From Nitrospira sp. (GTDB lineage Bacteria > Nitrospirota > Nitrospiria > Nitrospirales > Nitrospiraceae), in contig AP038806.1 in assembly GCA_047150005.1 (NCBI GenBank), positions 1 to 64,000 on the forward strand: DNA of 64,000 nt, in the 5' to 3' direction. A model generated the notes under the pieces. That model saw only the letters and a list, made by a program, of their open reading frames with translations. It searched no databases and was not told the DNA's origin. The position numbers were made by a program, and so were the translations under genes. Positions 18,809 to 29,344 of the stretch are shown here, in pieces (position 1 is the first letter of the stretch; each line of letters opens with the position of its first letter).

Positions 18809-19098
18809 GGCGACTCCCGCGCAAAGTACACCGCGGCTTTTTTTAAAATGTCGCGCTCCTCACGGAGGCGTGCATTCTCTCGTCGCAAGCGTGTCAGCTC
18901 ATCCGTGCTGTGGGCCCGACCGCCCTTGCCAGGGAACGCCGCGTCGCCGTGCGTCTCGAGTTCCAGCTGCCACTTGTATAGGTGGTTCCGGCGCAACCCC
19001 AACTCGCGGGCCACGGCGGCGGCGGGTTTCCCCGACGATTTCCACAGCCGGACCGCTTCCAGTTTGAACTCTTTGGTGAACGGTTGTCGCTTCGCCAT
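18805..19098 (-). CDS. IS3-family OrfA
   Basis: FTKEFKLEAVRL..VARELG..ERDILKKAAVYF. Confidence 0.9.
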   Translation of the reverse strand: MAKRQPFTKEFKLEAVRLWKSSGKPAAAVARELGLRRNHLYKWQLELETHGDAAFPGKGGRAHSTDELTRLRRENARLREERDILKKAAVYFARESP

Positions 19099-19281
19099 CG
19101 GACACCTCCTGGGGATGCATTGTCCCCTTTTTGAAGTGTCCACGAAAGTGGGGCTAGCTCATCCCGACCCTTTTTATCGCTGCGACCCCTTTTTATCGCT
19201 CAAAGCGCCTCTGGCTTCTCGTACCACAAGCGTGCGCGCATCCGCATCGCCGGATCGCCTGAGAGAAGCCGGCTTGTCTAA

Positions 19282-19821
19282 TTACCGATCCCGTCGAAAG
19301 ATGATCGTTGAGGCGTTTTGCATCCGTTGTCCGTTCTCAGATTTTCCCGTATACGTGATTGTTCCCCCTGAAAAGATTGCACCGGATGGACATTTCTGTG
19401 TCCCGAGTGTCACATCTGTTAACTGAACGGCTGTCGTCTTGAGCCTGCCCTTCTGATCGGGCAGCAAATTTTGCTCTTCTGCAACTTTATCAAGCGCAAC
19501 GTTTGTGGTAAGGCCGCCCAATATACAGGTGTAGTGCCCTGAACCTCCTACACTCGTATAAGAAATGCCGCTGTCATGATCTTCGGCATTCAATGTCAAT
19601 TGAATATTCTGCCCCTCCTGAACTTGCACGGTCTGACCACTTCGTGTAACCCGGCTATCCGCTATTCCCCATTGGATCGCAGGCGGCGTCGTATCAGCAT
19701 TCCGGGGGTCCGCTGATTTGCACGCTGACCCCAGAAGCGAACATGCGCACAGGCAAGCACACCATCGAATCAATCTAGACGATGCCATTCCTACTCTCAT
19801 CCTGGCTTTCTCCTCCCTCAC
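19282..19821 (-). CDS. Putative lipoprotein
   Basis: Hydrophobic leader with LGSAC lipobox; start uncertain. Confidence 0.55.
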   Translation of the reverse strand: MREEKARMRVGMASSRLIRWCACLCACSLLGSACKSADPRNADTTPPAIQWGIADSRVTRSGQTVQVQEGQNIQLTLNAEDHDSGISYTSVGGSGHYTCILGGLTTNVALDKVAEEQNLLPDQKGRLKTTAVQLTDVTLGTQKCPSGAIFSGGTITYTGKSENGQRMQNASTIIFRRDR

Positions 19822-19998
19822 TGAGAAAATCTTCTCTTTGCAATAAAGACAAACGCACCAGTGCGGCCCGTGGCGAGCCCCACCTCTTGTTTGTTATCCC
19901 TCTGCTCAAACCATAACTGGTGCCAATAGAACCAAAACAAAGGGCAGAGAATAAGAGCGTTCGCGACAATCGCATCAAGCATAGGGAGGTTTACGGCT

Positions 19999-20553
19999 TC
20001 ACGGCTTCTTGGCAGGGGGATACTTGGTAAACGCTTCCGCGACTCCGTCCTTGACTAGCTGCATATTCTCCTCCGATTCACTCTCCAGTGTGCCCACAAT
20101 CCTGGCACGCCACACCAATTCATTTTTGGAAGATTCCGCCAGGTCCACAACCAGTGTCCCCTCCTCATAATCATATGTGGTCACACCACCGCCATAATAC
20201 CCGGCACGCCAGCCGTATCGTGGACCATAGGGGCCGGTGCTCTCGATTTGCTGTTTCTCTTTCACGCCGACCCACAAGTGCACCAACAGGTCAGGACGAG
20301 CGTCCAGGCCTACCCGATGCAGACCTTTTGCGGTCATCTGTTCAGTAACCACCCCTTCAATCTGCTTCCGAAGAATCGCATTATTCAGCAGACCTCCCTG
20401 ATCCGTGTCTGTCAGACCGGTAAAAGCAAACGTGTGAAACACGGTAAAGTCGGCTGTCGGATCCGACGTGGTCTGAACATTCGGCCCGGTACAGCCTGCG
20501 GCCGCCAAGAGCCACACACAGACAATCAAGATTCTCATAGTAGTGGTCTCCAT
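19999..20553 (-). CDS. DUF4136-family lipoprotein
   Basis: AAAGC lipobox, DFTVFHTFAF, YEEGTLVVDL..LVWR. Confidence 0.8.
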   Translation of the reverse strand: METTTMRILIVCVWLLAAAGCTGPNVQTTSDPTADFTVFHTFAFTGLTDTDQGGLLNNAILRKQIEGVVTEQMTAKGLHRVGLDARPDLLVHLWVGVKEKQQIESTGPYGPRYGWRAGYYGGGVTTYDYEEGTLVVDLAESSKNELVWRARIVGTLESESEENMQLVKDGVAEAFTKYPPAKKP

Positions 20554-20742
20554 TGGCGAGAGGTCGCGTGACGCATGATCGCAGAACATGCCAATCCATG
20601 CAAATGATCGCTCAAACGAAAGGGGTCGGGATGGACTTCCCAGGATTTCACGGACGCCTTAGGGTGGTCGTTAGAGCATGGGAGGTCGCCCTATGAGCAC
20701 TCGACAGCGATCACAGGCTGTCCGAAGGAAATACGCCTTCAT

Positions 20743-20855
20743 CAAGGCTCACAATTTGGCAGCGATGCATGGCGGCGCTTCTGCCGAGCGCATCACCTGG
20801 AGCCCAGTATGAGCCGGCGTGGCAACTGCTGGGATAACGCGGTGGCCGAGTCCTT
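20743..20855 (+). pseudogene. IS3 transposase internal fragment
   Basis: QGSQFGSDAWRRFC..PSMSRRGNCWDNAVAES. Confidence 0.8.
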
Positions 20856-21199
20856 ATAAAATGCTCATTCCGATGGCGAGGAGCGAAATGAACTCGTATC
20901 TGTCCATCTGTTGCTTCGGCAAGTGGAGAGTGGCGGGGGGTAACGTCAGCAAAACTTAGACCCGTCGCGACGTTTGCGATCTTTCCCAAGCATGAGGAAG
21001 GAAAACGCAACCAGGCGGGAGGAGCGTAAACTCAGACAGGGCTGTTGTTCTTACTGGATCGTCAAACAACCGATTGACCCGCATGACGAACGACGCGTGG
21101 GAATTCTCTGTGGGAGCCACCTCCTTCGTCGATGACAAGCGGAAAGAGAAATTCTTTCCGTAAACTTCTCGTACCCGTCGTGAACGCATCAGTAGCCCG

Positions 21200-22792
21200 T
21201 CAGCGCTGAAATTCCCGCACGGCGCTGCTGAATGACCAGGGGCCTGATCCGCAGCCTGTCGCGGCTGTTACCGGTATCGGTTCCATACGCAATCGATCGG
21301 CAGCGCCGCCCGGTGTCGATGCAAACAACTCCACCAGGACCCGGCCGACCTCCAGATCGGGTCCGCCACCTGGGTGACCTCTGAGATTCTCAAAACAGTA
21401 CACCGGACCGACGGCAATGTCGGCAAAGTCACGGTTGATGAGACCTGTCCCGGCTGGAGTGAAGCCGCGCACTCCTGGCGACCATTGGCAGCTTTCCCCA
21501 CCAGTCGGCAGCGGAGTGCAAAAGGCACCTGATACCGAGAAGACCGGCCTCCCCGGGTTGACGTTGTCCTGCACCAGCGCCAGCGTCGTGCGGCCCTCCT
21601 CGAAGGCGGTCGCACCTGGCCCGGTGAACCAATTCCCTCGCGCAGTGCCGGGCTGGTCCTGCTCGTGCGCACCGCATAGAGGCGGGACTGTCCGTCGCAC
21701 TGTACCATCAACGCTCCCAAACAGCGATGAGAATGCTGGGCCCAATGCCGCCACGAGGTATTCGGCCGGGCAGAATTGCTGCAATCGCTCCGGGGCGATG
21801 TACGGAGCAAGCGCCACGACTTCCGGCGGGAAAATGGACGTATCGATCAACGAAAAGTCATACCGCGCCGCGTTCGCAAACGGCAGCGGAGGCCGGCGGC
21901 GGTCAATCAACCCCCAGTCGAAGTTGACGGCACGGGGAGCAGGCGCGTTACCGACACGCTGACCACCGTCGATGGTGACACTGACGCGCTGCGCGCAGGG
22001 ACCCTCATCTATCGATCCTCCAAAGCACACCCAGCGGTCGGATCGTAAAGCAGCCGCAATCACTCCGTCGAGCGTCTGTAGGTGGAAGAAGTAACTCCGT
22101 ACCTCGCCACAGGGCTGCATATGCACATCGAAGTCGTCGGGGCCATTGCGGGTCACCGCGACGACCTCCACACGCCCCGGAGCGTGCACGTCCACCAAGC
22201 TCGGCGGGCTCGTCGGATCACCCGGCGAACTCAAATTTGGGCTGAGATAGATATGGTGCGTAGGAAGCGTGTGGGCTGGCGGATTAAGGCTTCCGAGCGG
22301 GACGATGCTACGCAAGAGGCTCAGATCGACAGGATAGTGCGTAAAGAACTCCGTACGTTCGCCGCAGGCTCGCCGACTCAGTGGCAGGCTCGAGGTGGTC
22401 ACGATCGCGATACGGATCCGACCGGTTTCGAGCCCCTTAAGTACCACATGAAAATTGTTAAATGCCCTCAACGTTACCGGAGACAAGTGCGGCTCGCCGT
22501 GGGAGATGGGCTGTCGAAAGCCGCTTAGGATCTCGCCGTTGAGCTGGATGAGCGCCTGGAGTGCGGCCTGGCCCAGCTGTTCTACCACCAATGTATAGTC
22601 AGCTTGAGGGTCGGCCTTGAATTGATAGTGGAACGAGCGGGGGGTCAATTTCTCGATAGCGAGCTCAACGGGTCCGAACACACAGCCTTGACACGGATTG
22701 TCGGCCGGTACCAGTTTGGCCGCGGTCGCAGGATACGCAGTCAACAGCGCTGCAAAAAGGAACGCGCTCAGGCTTCGTCTACCCGTCTTCAT
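21200..22792 (-). CDS. Secreted hypothetical protein, 530 aa, Cys-containing
   Basis: Signal peptide ending ATA; long ORF. Confidence 0.7.
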   Translation of the reverse strand: MKTGRRSLSAFLFAALLTAYPATAAKLVPADNPCQGCVFGPVELAIEKLTPRSFHYQFKADPQADYTLVVEQLGQAALQALIQLNGEILSGFRQPISHGEPHLSPVTLRAFNNFHVVLKGLETGRIRIAIVTTSSLPLSRRACGERTEFFTHYPVDLSLLRSIVPLGSLNPPAHTLPTHHIYLSPNLSSPGDPTSPPSLVDVHAPGRVEVVAVTRNGPDDFDVHMQPCGEVRSYFFHLQTLDGVIAAALRSDRWVCFGGSIDEGPCAQRVSVTIDGGQRVGNAPAPRAVNFDWGLIDRRRPPLPFANAARYDFSLIDTSIFPPEVVALAPYIAPERLQQFCPAEYLVAALGPAFSSLFGSVDGTVRRTVPPLCGAHEQDQPGTARGNWFTGPGATAFEEGRTTLALVQDNVNPGRPVFSVSGAFCTPLPTGGESCQWSPGVRGFTPAGTGLINRDFADIAVGPVYCFENLRGHPGGGPDLEVGRVLVELFASTPGGAADRLRMEPIPVTAATGCGSGPWSFSSAVREFQR

Positions 22793-23029
22793 CGGCCCTG
22801 AGGTATCACAGCCGGCGTGGCGCGATCAAGTAGGTAGAATCTTGGATCAGAGGTCACAGTTGGGGTTAGTCGGGAAGAAACGGTGTCAGGAATCGTTTCC
22901 CGGCGCGTGGCGTGCCACCTTCTCAAGTCCGCTCCCTCGCCGCTCACCATAATATAGACTCTGCACCCTCGCCATAGACCCACCTGCCTCGAACAAGTAG
23001 AATGTTTCCGTTTGTTTTCTCCCTACAGC

Positions 23030-23686
23030 ATGAGACCACTACTCCTGCCCCTTATCCTGCTCCTCCTTGGATCCTGCTCCGTACAGCCGAACATTGTGGA
23101 GCCCCAACCTGAGGCTGACGCAATTCGTTCTCATCAGATATACGTCGTCAGCCACGGGTGGCACGCAGGACTTATTATCCCAGGCCGTGAGGCCAGTCAG
23201 GTTGTTGCAGAACTTGTTTCGCGCTTCGGCGACGTCGCATTTTACGAGCTTGGTTGGGGCGACAAAGGCTTCTACCGATCCCAAGAGATCACAACGGGGC
23301 TGACTTTCCAAGCGATGTTCTGGTCTGAGGGTGCGGTCATACATGTCGTGGCTGTGCCAGATTTCCCTCTCGACTATTTCGCGGGTGAAGACATCATCGA
23401 TACCTGCTTGACCAACAATGAGCTCGCAACGTTGAAAACGTTCCTCGCGAACAGCTTTCAACGTGATACGGCGGGACATGCCATCTCCCTGAGTGAAGGC
23501 ATTTATGGAAACAGTCAGTTCTACGACGGGGTGGGACGATACTATTTCTTCAACACGTGTAACAAATGGACGGCAAAGGCCTTACGCAGTGCTGGGTTCG
23601 ACATCGCTCCGATGTTGAAGCTGACATCCGGAAGTGTGATGAGTTATTTGTCTTCCCACAGGAAAAGCTGCACAATGGGCAACTGA
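23030..23686 (+). CDS. DUF2459/TIGR02117-like lipoprotein
   Basis: LGSC lipobox, SHGWHAG, GWGDKGFY, NTCNKWTA. Confidence 0.8.
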   Translation: MRPLLLPLILLLLGSCSVQPNIVEPQPEADAIRSHQIYVVSHGWHAGLIIPGREASQVVAELVSRFGDVAFYELGWGDKGFYRSQEITTGLTFQAMFWSEGAVIHVVAVPDFPLDYFAGEDIIDTCLTNNELATLKTFLANSFQRDTAGHAISLSEGIYGNSQFYDGVGRYYFFNTCNKWTAKALRSAGFDIAPMLKLTSGSVMSYLSSHRKSCTMGN

Positions 23687-23778
23687 AATCAGAACAGCGT
23701 CGACAAGAAACCAGGGACATTCTGATTTTCTCACGGCGCGTGGCAGCCAGCTCGTCTGTGGGCTCCGCGTGCCCTCAG

Positions 23779-24057
23779 CTACGCAGCCCCTTTCCGTGGC
23801 TCTCGATGCAGCGCTTCAGCAACTGCGCGAGGATTGTGCGCTGCAACGCGCAGGAGCGCCATGGCCGGCCCATCGGGGGTCCGTCTGCCCTGTTCCCAGT
23901 TGCGCAGCGTCGCCACACTGACCCCAATCATCAGCGCGAATTCAGCTTGCGACGCCTTGAGCTTCTCACGAACGCTTTTCACATCAGCCGAACGAAACGT
24001 GGTGACTCGAGCCGGCTTGAGTTTGCCCCGGCGAATTTTCCTCAGAGCTGCCCCCAT
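23779..24057 (-). CDS. XRE-family HTH protein (HigA/NadS-like antitoxin), possibly 5'-truncated
   Basis: VREKLKASQAEFA..VSVATLRNWEQGRRTPDGPA. Confidence 0.8.
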   Translation of the reverse strand: MGAALRKIRRGKLKPARVTTFRSADVKSVREKLKASQAEFALMIGVSVATLRNWEQGRRTPDGPAMALLRVAAHNPRAVAEALHREPRKGAA

Positions 24058-24175
24058 TGTGCGGTGCGCGAGGGAAAACCTTAACAATCATTCCCTTAGC
24101 CCAAGATTCCGTTTGTTGATTTTCTTGAGTTTTTGTCTCATCCTCTAACCGGTTGACGGGCCTGCTACACCTTCC

Positions 24176-25730
24176 ATGAAAACCGAACAACCCGTTTCCC
24201 ACCATTCGTCCGTGCTCATCGTGGAGGATGAACCGGATCTCTCTCTCGCCCTGGAGGATTATCTTCACCATGAAGGGTACACGGTGCGCTGCGCGAGCAC
24301 GGGAAGGCAGGCGCTGCAGGAGGCTGAAGACCATTCGTTTGGAGCAGTGCTCTTGGATCTAGGATTGCCGGACCTCAGCGGATTCGCCGTGCTTCGAGGG
24401 CTGGAGGAATTGGACCCCCTTCTCCCGGTCATTGTCCTCACCGCATCCGTCCAACGCATCCGTCCAAGAAGAGTACACGGTAGAATCCCTCCGCCGTGGT
24501 GCCTTTGCCTATATCACCAAGCCCTACAACCGGGATGAGCTCAAGATTACCGTCCGTCAAGCCGTTGAGGTCCGGAAGTTGGTATTCAAGATGAATCGTG
24601 TCGAGAACGCCCTGACTGCAAAAGAAGAACAGTTTCGGCAGGTCGTTCATACCGCACCGGATGGGATTGTGTTGGCTGATGGCGAGGGTCGAGTTGTCTC
24701 ATGGAATTCAGCTGCCCAACGGCTCTTTGGCTACACAGAGGGAGACATCCTGGGGCAACCGCTGACCATAATCATGCCAACTCGCTACCGAGAGGATCAT
24801 CTTCGCGGACTTGAGTTTGTGAAGGCCGCTGGTGGATCAATCCAGACCGGGAGAACGATCGAGCTGTACGGCCTTAGAAAAGACGGGAGCGAATTTCCCA
24901 TTGAGTTGTCGATCAGTACGTGGGAATCCGGCGGACAGATGTTGAGCTGCGGGATTATCCGCGACATCACTCTGCGGAAGGATGCTGAAGCCAGGCTCTT
25001 GAAGCAGCAGATTGAACAGCAGGTGCTCTTGGATCTTATTCCCGCCATGGTTTGGTACAAGGATACGCAGAATCGTATCCTACGGGCCAACCGGCAAGCT
25101 GCGGAATCCATCAACAAAACCGTGGGTGAGCTCGAAGGCAAATCCACCTATGACCTCTATCCTGAGGAAGCGGAGAAATATCATCAGGATGACCTCGCCG
25201 TTATTGCCTCTGGCGACCCAAAACTCGGAATTGTCGAACTCTATGAAACCTCACCGGGTCAGAAGCGCTGGGTTCAAACAGACAAAGTGCCGTACCGTGA
25301 CGCTCAGGGCAACGTGATCGGGGTCCTGGTCTTTGCCCAAGATATTACTGAACGGCTGCAGGCGGAAACGGCTCTACAGGAGAGTGAACAACAGTATCGG
25401 CTCTTGATGGAGGAGGCTTCGGACGCCATTGTTGCTGTTGATATGGACGGCTATTTTAGACTGGCGAATGCAAAAGCGTGTGAATTGTTTGGCTACACCA
25501 GAGAGGAATTGCTCCAGCTTCATGTCAGGGAGACCTACGTCCCAGCAGAAAGAGACATGGCCGAGCCATACCTTGAACAACTCCGTGAGGGCAAGACCTT
25601 GTGTTTCAAACGATTGCTACAACGCAAGGACAGGACAGCCATTTCTGTCGAAATTAGGGGCAGGAAAATGTCCGATAATCGCTATGTTGCTATTCTACAA
25701 CCTCTCCTTCCTTCCCCCGTGCAACAATAG
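24176..25730 (+). pseudogene. Receiver + 3 PAS domain signalling protein, frameshifted by a 13-bp tandem duplication
   Basis: REC in one frame continues in another after (CGCATCCGTCCAA)x2 at 24442-24467; removing one copy gives 514 codons. Confidence 0.85.
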
Positions 25731-25826
25731 ACTCAATCGACAATCATAAGTAGAATCGCCTCGCCCCGCTGTATGAGATGGTCAGAACACCGTCGGCGTC
25801 ATCTCGGCTGGTCGGGATAGCTCAGT

Positions 25827-26345
25827 CTAGTGGACCGACAGCGGGACAGACGGAACATACTGAGGGTCGATATTCTCCCACACATTGTGCTTTCCGCTTG
25901 TGTCCCAGCCTCGCATGTACAGCAGTAGAAGCACCGGATCGGCCAGGAATCGTTCACCCGTCACTCGTCCGGCCACCGTGACGCGTCCCCAATTTTGATA
26001 ATTGGAGGGAAGCTGCTTCTTCGGTACCGCTACCCAATACTCCCCGGCTTCCGGACCATCCAGACTCGGCGGGCGATGAGGCTTGTAATCCTGGTCGAGT
26101 GGGCGATTCTTGAGGTGCAAGAAGACGTACTGCTCTGTCTGCTCCTCTTCGGTAATGGTTCCTCCCATGAGCACGACCTTTCCCACGTGGGACGGGAGAT
26201 CGGAACTCAGACTGGTCAGCGTGACGGTCGTGTCGGCCATCCAGATATATCGCCGTGGCACAGCGGAACACCCGATCGAAACCACGACGCTGGCAACCAC
26301 GACGAGAGACGAAGTCCATCGGTAGAAACGGGTACGGGCGGTCAT
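25827..26345 (-). CDS. Slp-family outer-membrane lipoprotein
   Basis: SIGC lipobox, GKVVLMGGTI, RPLD..P, VTVAGRV. Confidence 0.7.
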   Translation of the reverse strand: MTARTRFYRWTSSLVVVASVVVSIGCSAVPRRYIWMADTTVTLTSLSSDLPSHVGKVVLMGGTITEEEQTEQYVFLHLKNRPLDQDYKPHRPPSLDGPEAGEYWVAVPKKQLPSNYQNWGRVTVAGRVTGERFLADPVLLLLYMRGWDTSGKHNVWENIDPQYVPSVPLSVH

Positions 26346-26599
26346 CGTAATACGCTTCTCCTTGAGCTATGAGAGAGATGGCACATTTTAGTGAGTCCGG
26401 TATGCGCAGTCCATGCATGATGTTCCTGACGCTCTTGTCGGGCGTCCTCGCCGTCTGAAGATCGCCTCCAATCCCAGTGCAGTTCGATACGGTTACCGGT
26501 TGAGGGTTCGTATGATGTTTCTGAAGCTGCTATCGGTTTCAAGAATGCGAACAATGCCCGACAGCGTCTTGGTAGATGCCAAGGGACGACAGCGTCCCC

Positions 26600-26803
26600 T
26601 TAATAGCGCCCAGACTGGCTACGGCTATAAGGATCCATGCTCGAAGCCGGCGGACGTTCATCGAAACGATACTGGCCCGACTGCGGCGACCGCATATCGA
26701 TATTGTGTGCGGGTCGATGTCGATCGGAAGGATCATTCGCACAGCCAGCAACCATGGTAACGGCCATGAGGGTAAGAGACAGCCCGCAGAGAATACGAAT
26801 CAT
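26600..26803 (-). CDS. Small putative lipoprotein
   Basis: VAGC lipobox, GGAGG RBS. Confidence 0.5.
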   Translation of the reverse strand: MIRILCGLSLTLMAVTMVAGCANDPSDRHRPAHNIDMRSPQSGQYRFDERPPASSMDPYSRSQSGRY

Positions 26804-26824
26804 GCTGAACCTCCTTCGTCATTT

Positions 26825-27005
26825 GGAGTTACTTGGATCTTGCCACATACATCCATGACTCCGATAGTGCTGATGGTATCGCCAAACGTGGCTCGTCATC
26901 CACCACTGTTTGAAGGGACTGAGAGTCGCTTCAGTCGCTGGCTGCAGAAAAGGCTGCGTAGTCACCCTCTTTGTGAAAGACCGTTGCTCCACCGTTTCCT
27001 CGATC
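26825..27005 (-). pseudogene. Decayed RAYT remnant
   Basis: RGNGGATVFHKEGDYAAF and QWWMTSHVWRYHQHYRSHG in different frames, close to the intact RAYT sequence. Confidence 0.85.
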
Positions 27006-27217
27006 AGGACAGGGCAAAAAGGACCGGCTGCTTTCTGATGGAGGAAAGGCGTGAGGAACCGTTCGCGGCGCGTGGCGGGCCAGCTCATCCCGACCCCTTA
27101 TTTCGACGCCCTGTTGCGAATCCGACGCCGTGCAGCCTAAAATTGGCCTCCCTGCGAAGCGTTCATGCACTGGTGTGGAACCCACGGGTAAATCGGTGAT
27201 GAGACGCAGGAGCAAAG

Positions 27218-27862
27218 ATGCTCATCCTGGTTCTCTTTCTGCTCGGTTCGTTCCTGCTTCCCTCATTTAGTCTGAGTCGAAGCCAAGCCCATGCCGCAGG
27301 GGGAGGTCAGACGAAGTTCCAGCGCAGATCGACGCAGTTCATCGCGGCGTTGGGCGATCCAGGTGCGACCTCCGGGAGCGGCGCGCAATCGTGGGGTCTG
27401 TGGCCACTGGACCCGGGTCCTCGCGGTGTCGAGCTGAAGCACTATCAACGGTTGAAGGATGCAGGTGGCGTTGCCCCGGCGCGCTGGAAATTCGACGGCA
27501 TGGACTGGTGGCTGGAGGAACACGGCTTGATCATGGAGCAGCCGACCTTTCCGCTCCCTCCCGGCAAGTACCTGGTCACGGGCCATCGCGACGTGACGGC
27601 TGTGCTGACCATTTATCCCGCGGACAAAAATGGCGACAGACGCTGGGATCTCGACAAAGGCGCGACGCTTTACGACGTGACGCACCTGGCCTGCCGCTCC
27701 GCGCGCTATAGACCGGCCGCGACTGGCGGTTTGTGCTCGCCGGCAAACGCGCCGAAGACCGCGTTTCCGGTTACACCAGGGGGAGCGATGCCTCCGGTCG
27801 AGGGCTGCACGAAGCAGGACTATGCGGTTCTCATCGTGATCGGCGTGGGCGTAGAAGAGTGA
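27218..27862 (+). CDS. Secreted hypothetical protein
   Basis: Signal peptide, AGGAG RBS, 214 aa. Confidence 0.7.
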   Translation: MLILVLFLLGSFLLPSFSLSRSQAHAAGGGQTKFQRRSTQFIAALGDPGATSGSGAQSWGLWPLDPGPRGVELKHYQRLKDAGGVAPARWKFDGMDWWLEEHGLIMEQPTFPLPPGKYLVTGHRDVTAVLTIYPADKNGDRRWDLDKGATLYDVTHLACRSARYRPAATGGLCSPANAPKTAFPVTPGGAMPPVEGCTKQDYAVLIVIGVGVEE

Positions 27863-27928
27863 ACGCCGGTACCGACGGACTAGATTAAGGAAACGGTGTT
27901 AGGAACCATTCGCGTGGCGGTCTCGTAT

Positions 27929-29171
27929 TATCCTGCTCCCCTTGAAATTGAGACCACCTCTACGACATGGTCCTACGACGGACCGAGGAGGTGGCGATGG
28001 CAGCAGAAGCAGCAGAACCCATTGAACGGTGGACGGCCAAGCGACGCGTGGCATTGGTCGTGAGTATTCTGAAGGGTGAGACCTCGGTGGCCGAGGCGGC
28101 CCGGCAGCACGGCCTGACCGTGGCGGAGGTGGAGGCGTGGCGTGAGAAGTTTCTCCTCGGCGCCGAGAACGCGCTCCGGACTCGGCCCAAGGACGAGGAG
28201 GCCGTGAAGGACGAGCAGATCAAGAAGCTGAAACAGAAGATCGGGGATCTGGTCGTGGACAACGACATCTTACGGGAGGCCTTGAAACCCTTCCCTTTGG
28301 ACCGGAAGACATCCGACGCGTGAGAGCCCGCGTGTCGGGTGTCTCCGAGCGACGGAGTTGCCAGGTGCTCCGCGTGAACCGAGCCGGTCTGCATCGGACG
28401 AGAGCAACGGAGGGACGACGCCGAGGCCCCACGGCACCCCCGTGGCTGGAGCGGATGCGGTATTGGATTCAGCAGCATCCCACGTTTGGGTATCGCCGAC
28501 TCTGGGTGATGTTGCGGTATCAGGATGGGATCCTGGTGAATCGCAAAGCCGTGTATCGCGTGCTGAAGCAGCAGGGCTGGTTCGTCCACCAACGCGTGGC
28601 GACCCCGCGCCCTCGGGTGCGAGGCTGGCGCAGTCGGGCTGGGCAGAGCAATGAACGGTGGGCGATGGACGTGACGCATATTCCCTGTGGCCAGGACGGC
28701 TGGGCCCATCTCGCGGCCGTGATCGACTGTCACGATCGGGAAGTCATCGGCTACGAGTTCGCGTTGCGCAGTCGGGCCAAGGAGGCGGAGCGGGCCGTCG
28801 AAGCGGCGTGCCTGCAGCGGTTCGGGACGTTGCGGCCTACGGGCGCACCGGTCCTCCGCAGTGACAACGGCCTGATCTTCCAGAGTCGCCGGTTTCGACA
28901 AGCCTGTCGGGACTATCGGCTCCAACAGGAATTCATTACGCCCTATACGCCGGAACAGAACGGGATCATCGAGCGGTTCTTCCGGAGTCTGAAGGAGGAG
29001 TGCGTCTGGCAACACACGTTCCAGACGTTTGAGGAGGCGCGACGGATCATTCGGGACTGGCTCCATTGGTACAACGAGGGACGACCGCACAGCGCCTTGG
29101 CGTATCGGAGTCCCGTCCAATTCCGCGCGCAACAGTCAACCCAGGTGGCTTGATTTCAGGGGAGCACTACA
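27929..29171 (+). mobile_element. Complete IS3-family element (OrfA ~27997-28323, OrfB 28320-29153) with 4-bp duplication GTAT
   Basis: Ends TATCCTGCTCCCC / GGGGAGCACTACA; GTAT at 27925-28 and 29172-75; WAMDVT, SDNG, PEQNGIIERFF. Confidence 0.92.
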
Positions 29172-29344
29172 GTATCTCCTCTGAACATCTTCATGGCGTA
29201 ACAGGCGGGACATCTGCGCTGACTCTTAGTCAGCAGGCTGTCACTCTTGACAGGTGAGTCGGTGTTTCGGTTTCTTTGGTGGAGTAATTGCTACCGCCGG
29301 ATTGCTTGAGAACGCGGCAAAACAAGGGAATTAAAGCGAATAGG

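Larger units (their letters stand above)
17918..19161 (-). mobile_element. Complete IS3-family element; no target duplication, both flanks are REP halves
   Basis: Ends TGAGCTACCCCC..GGACAC / GTGTCCAC..GGGGCTAGCTCA. Confidence 0.9.

Noticed and set aside
17936..19426. 496-aa + strand ORF, and the 390-aa ORFs at 27960-29132 and 30954-32126
   Set aside because: Antisense to IS3 transposases.
19863..19877. Extra copy of the tail motif (GCGGCCCGTGGCG); similar weak match near 60524
   Set aside because: Too short and GC-rich, with no hairpin part; could be chance.
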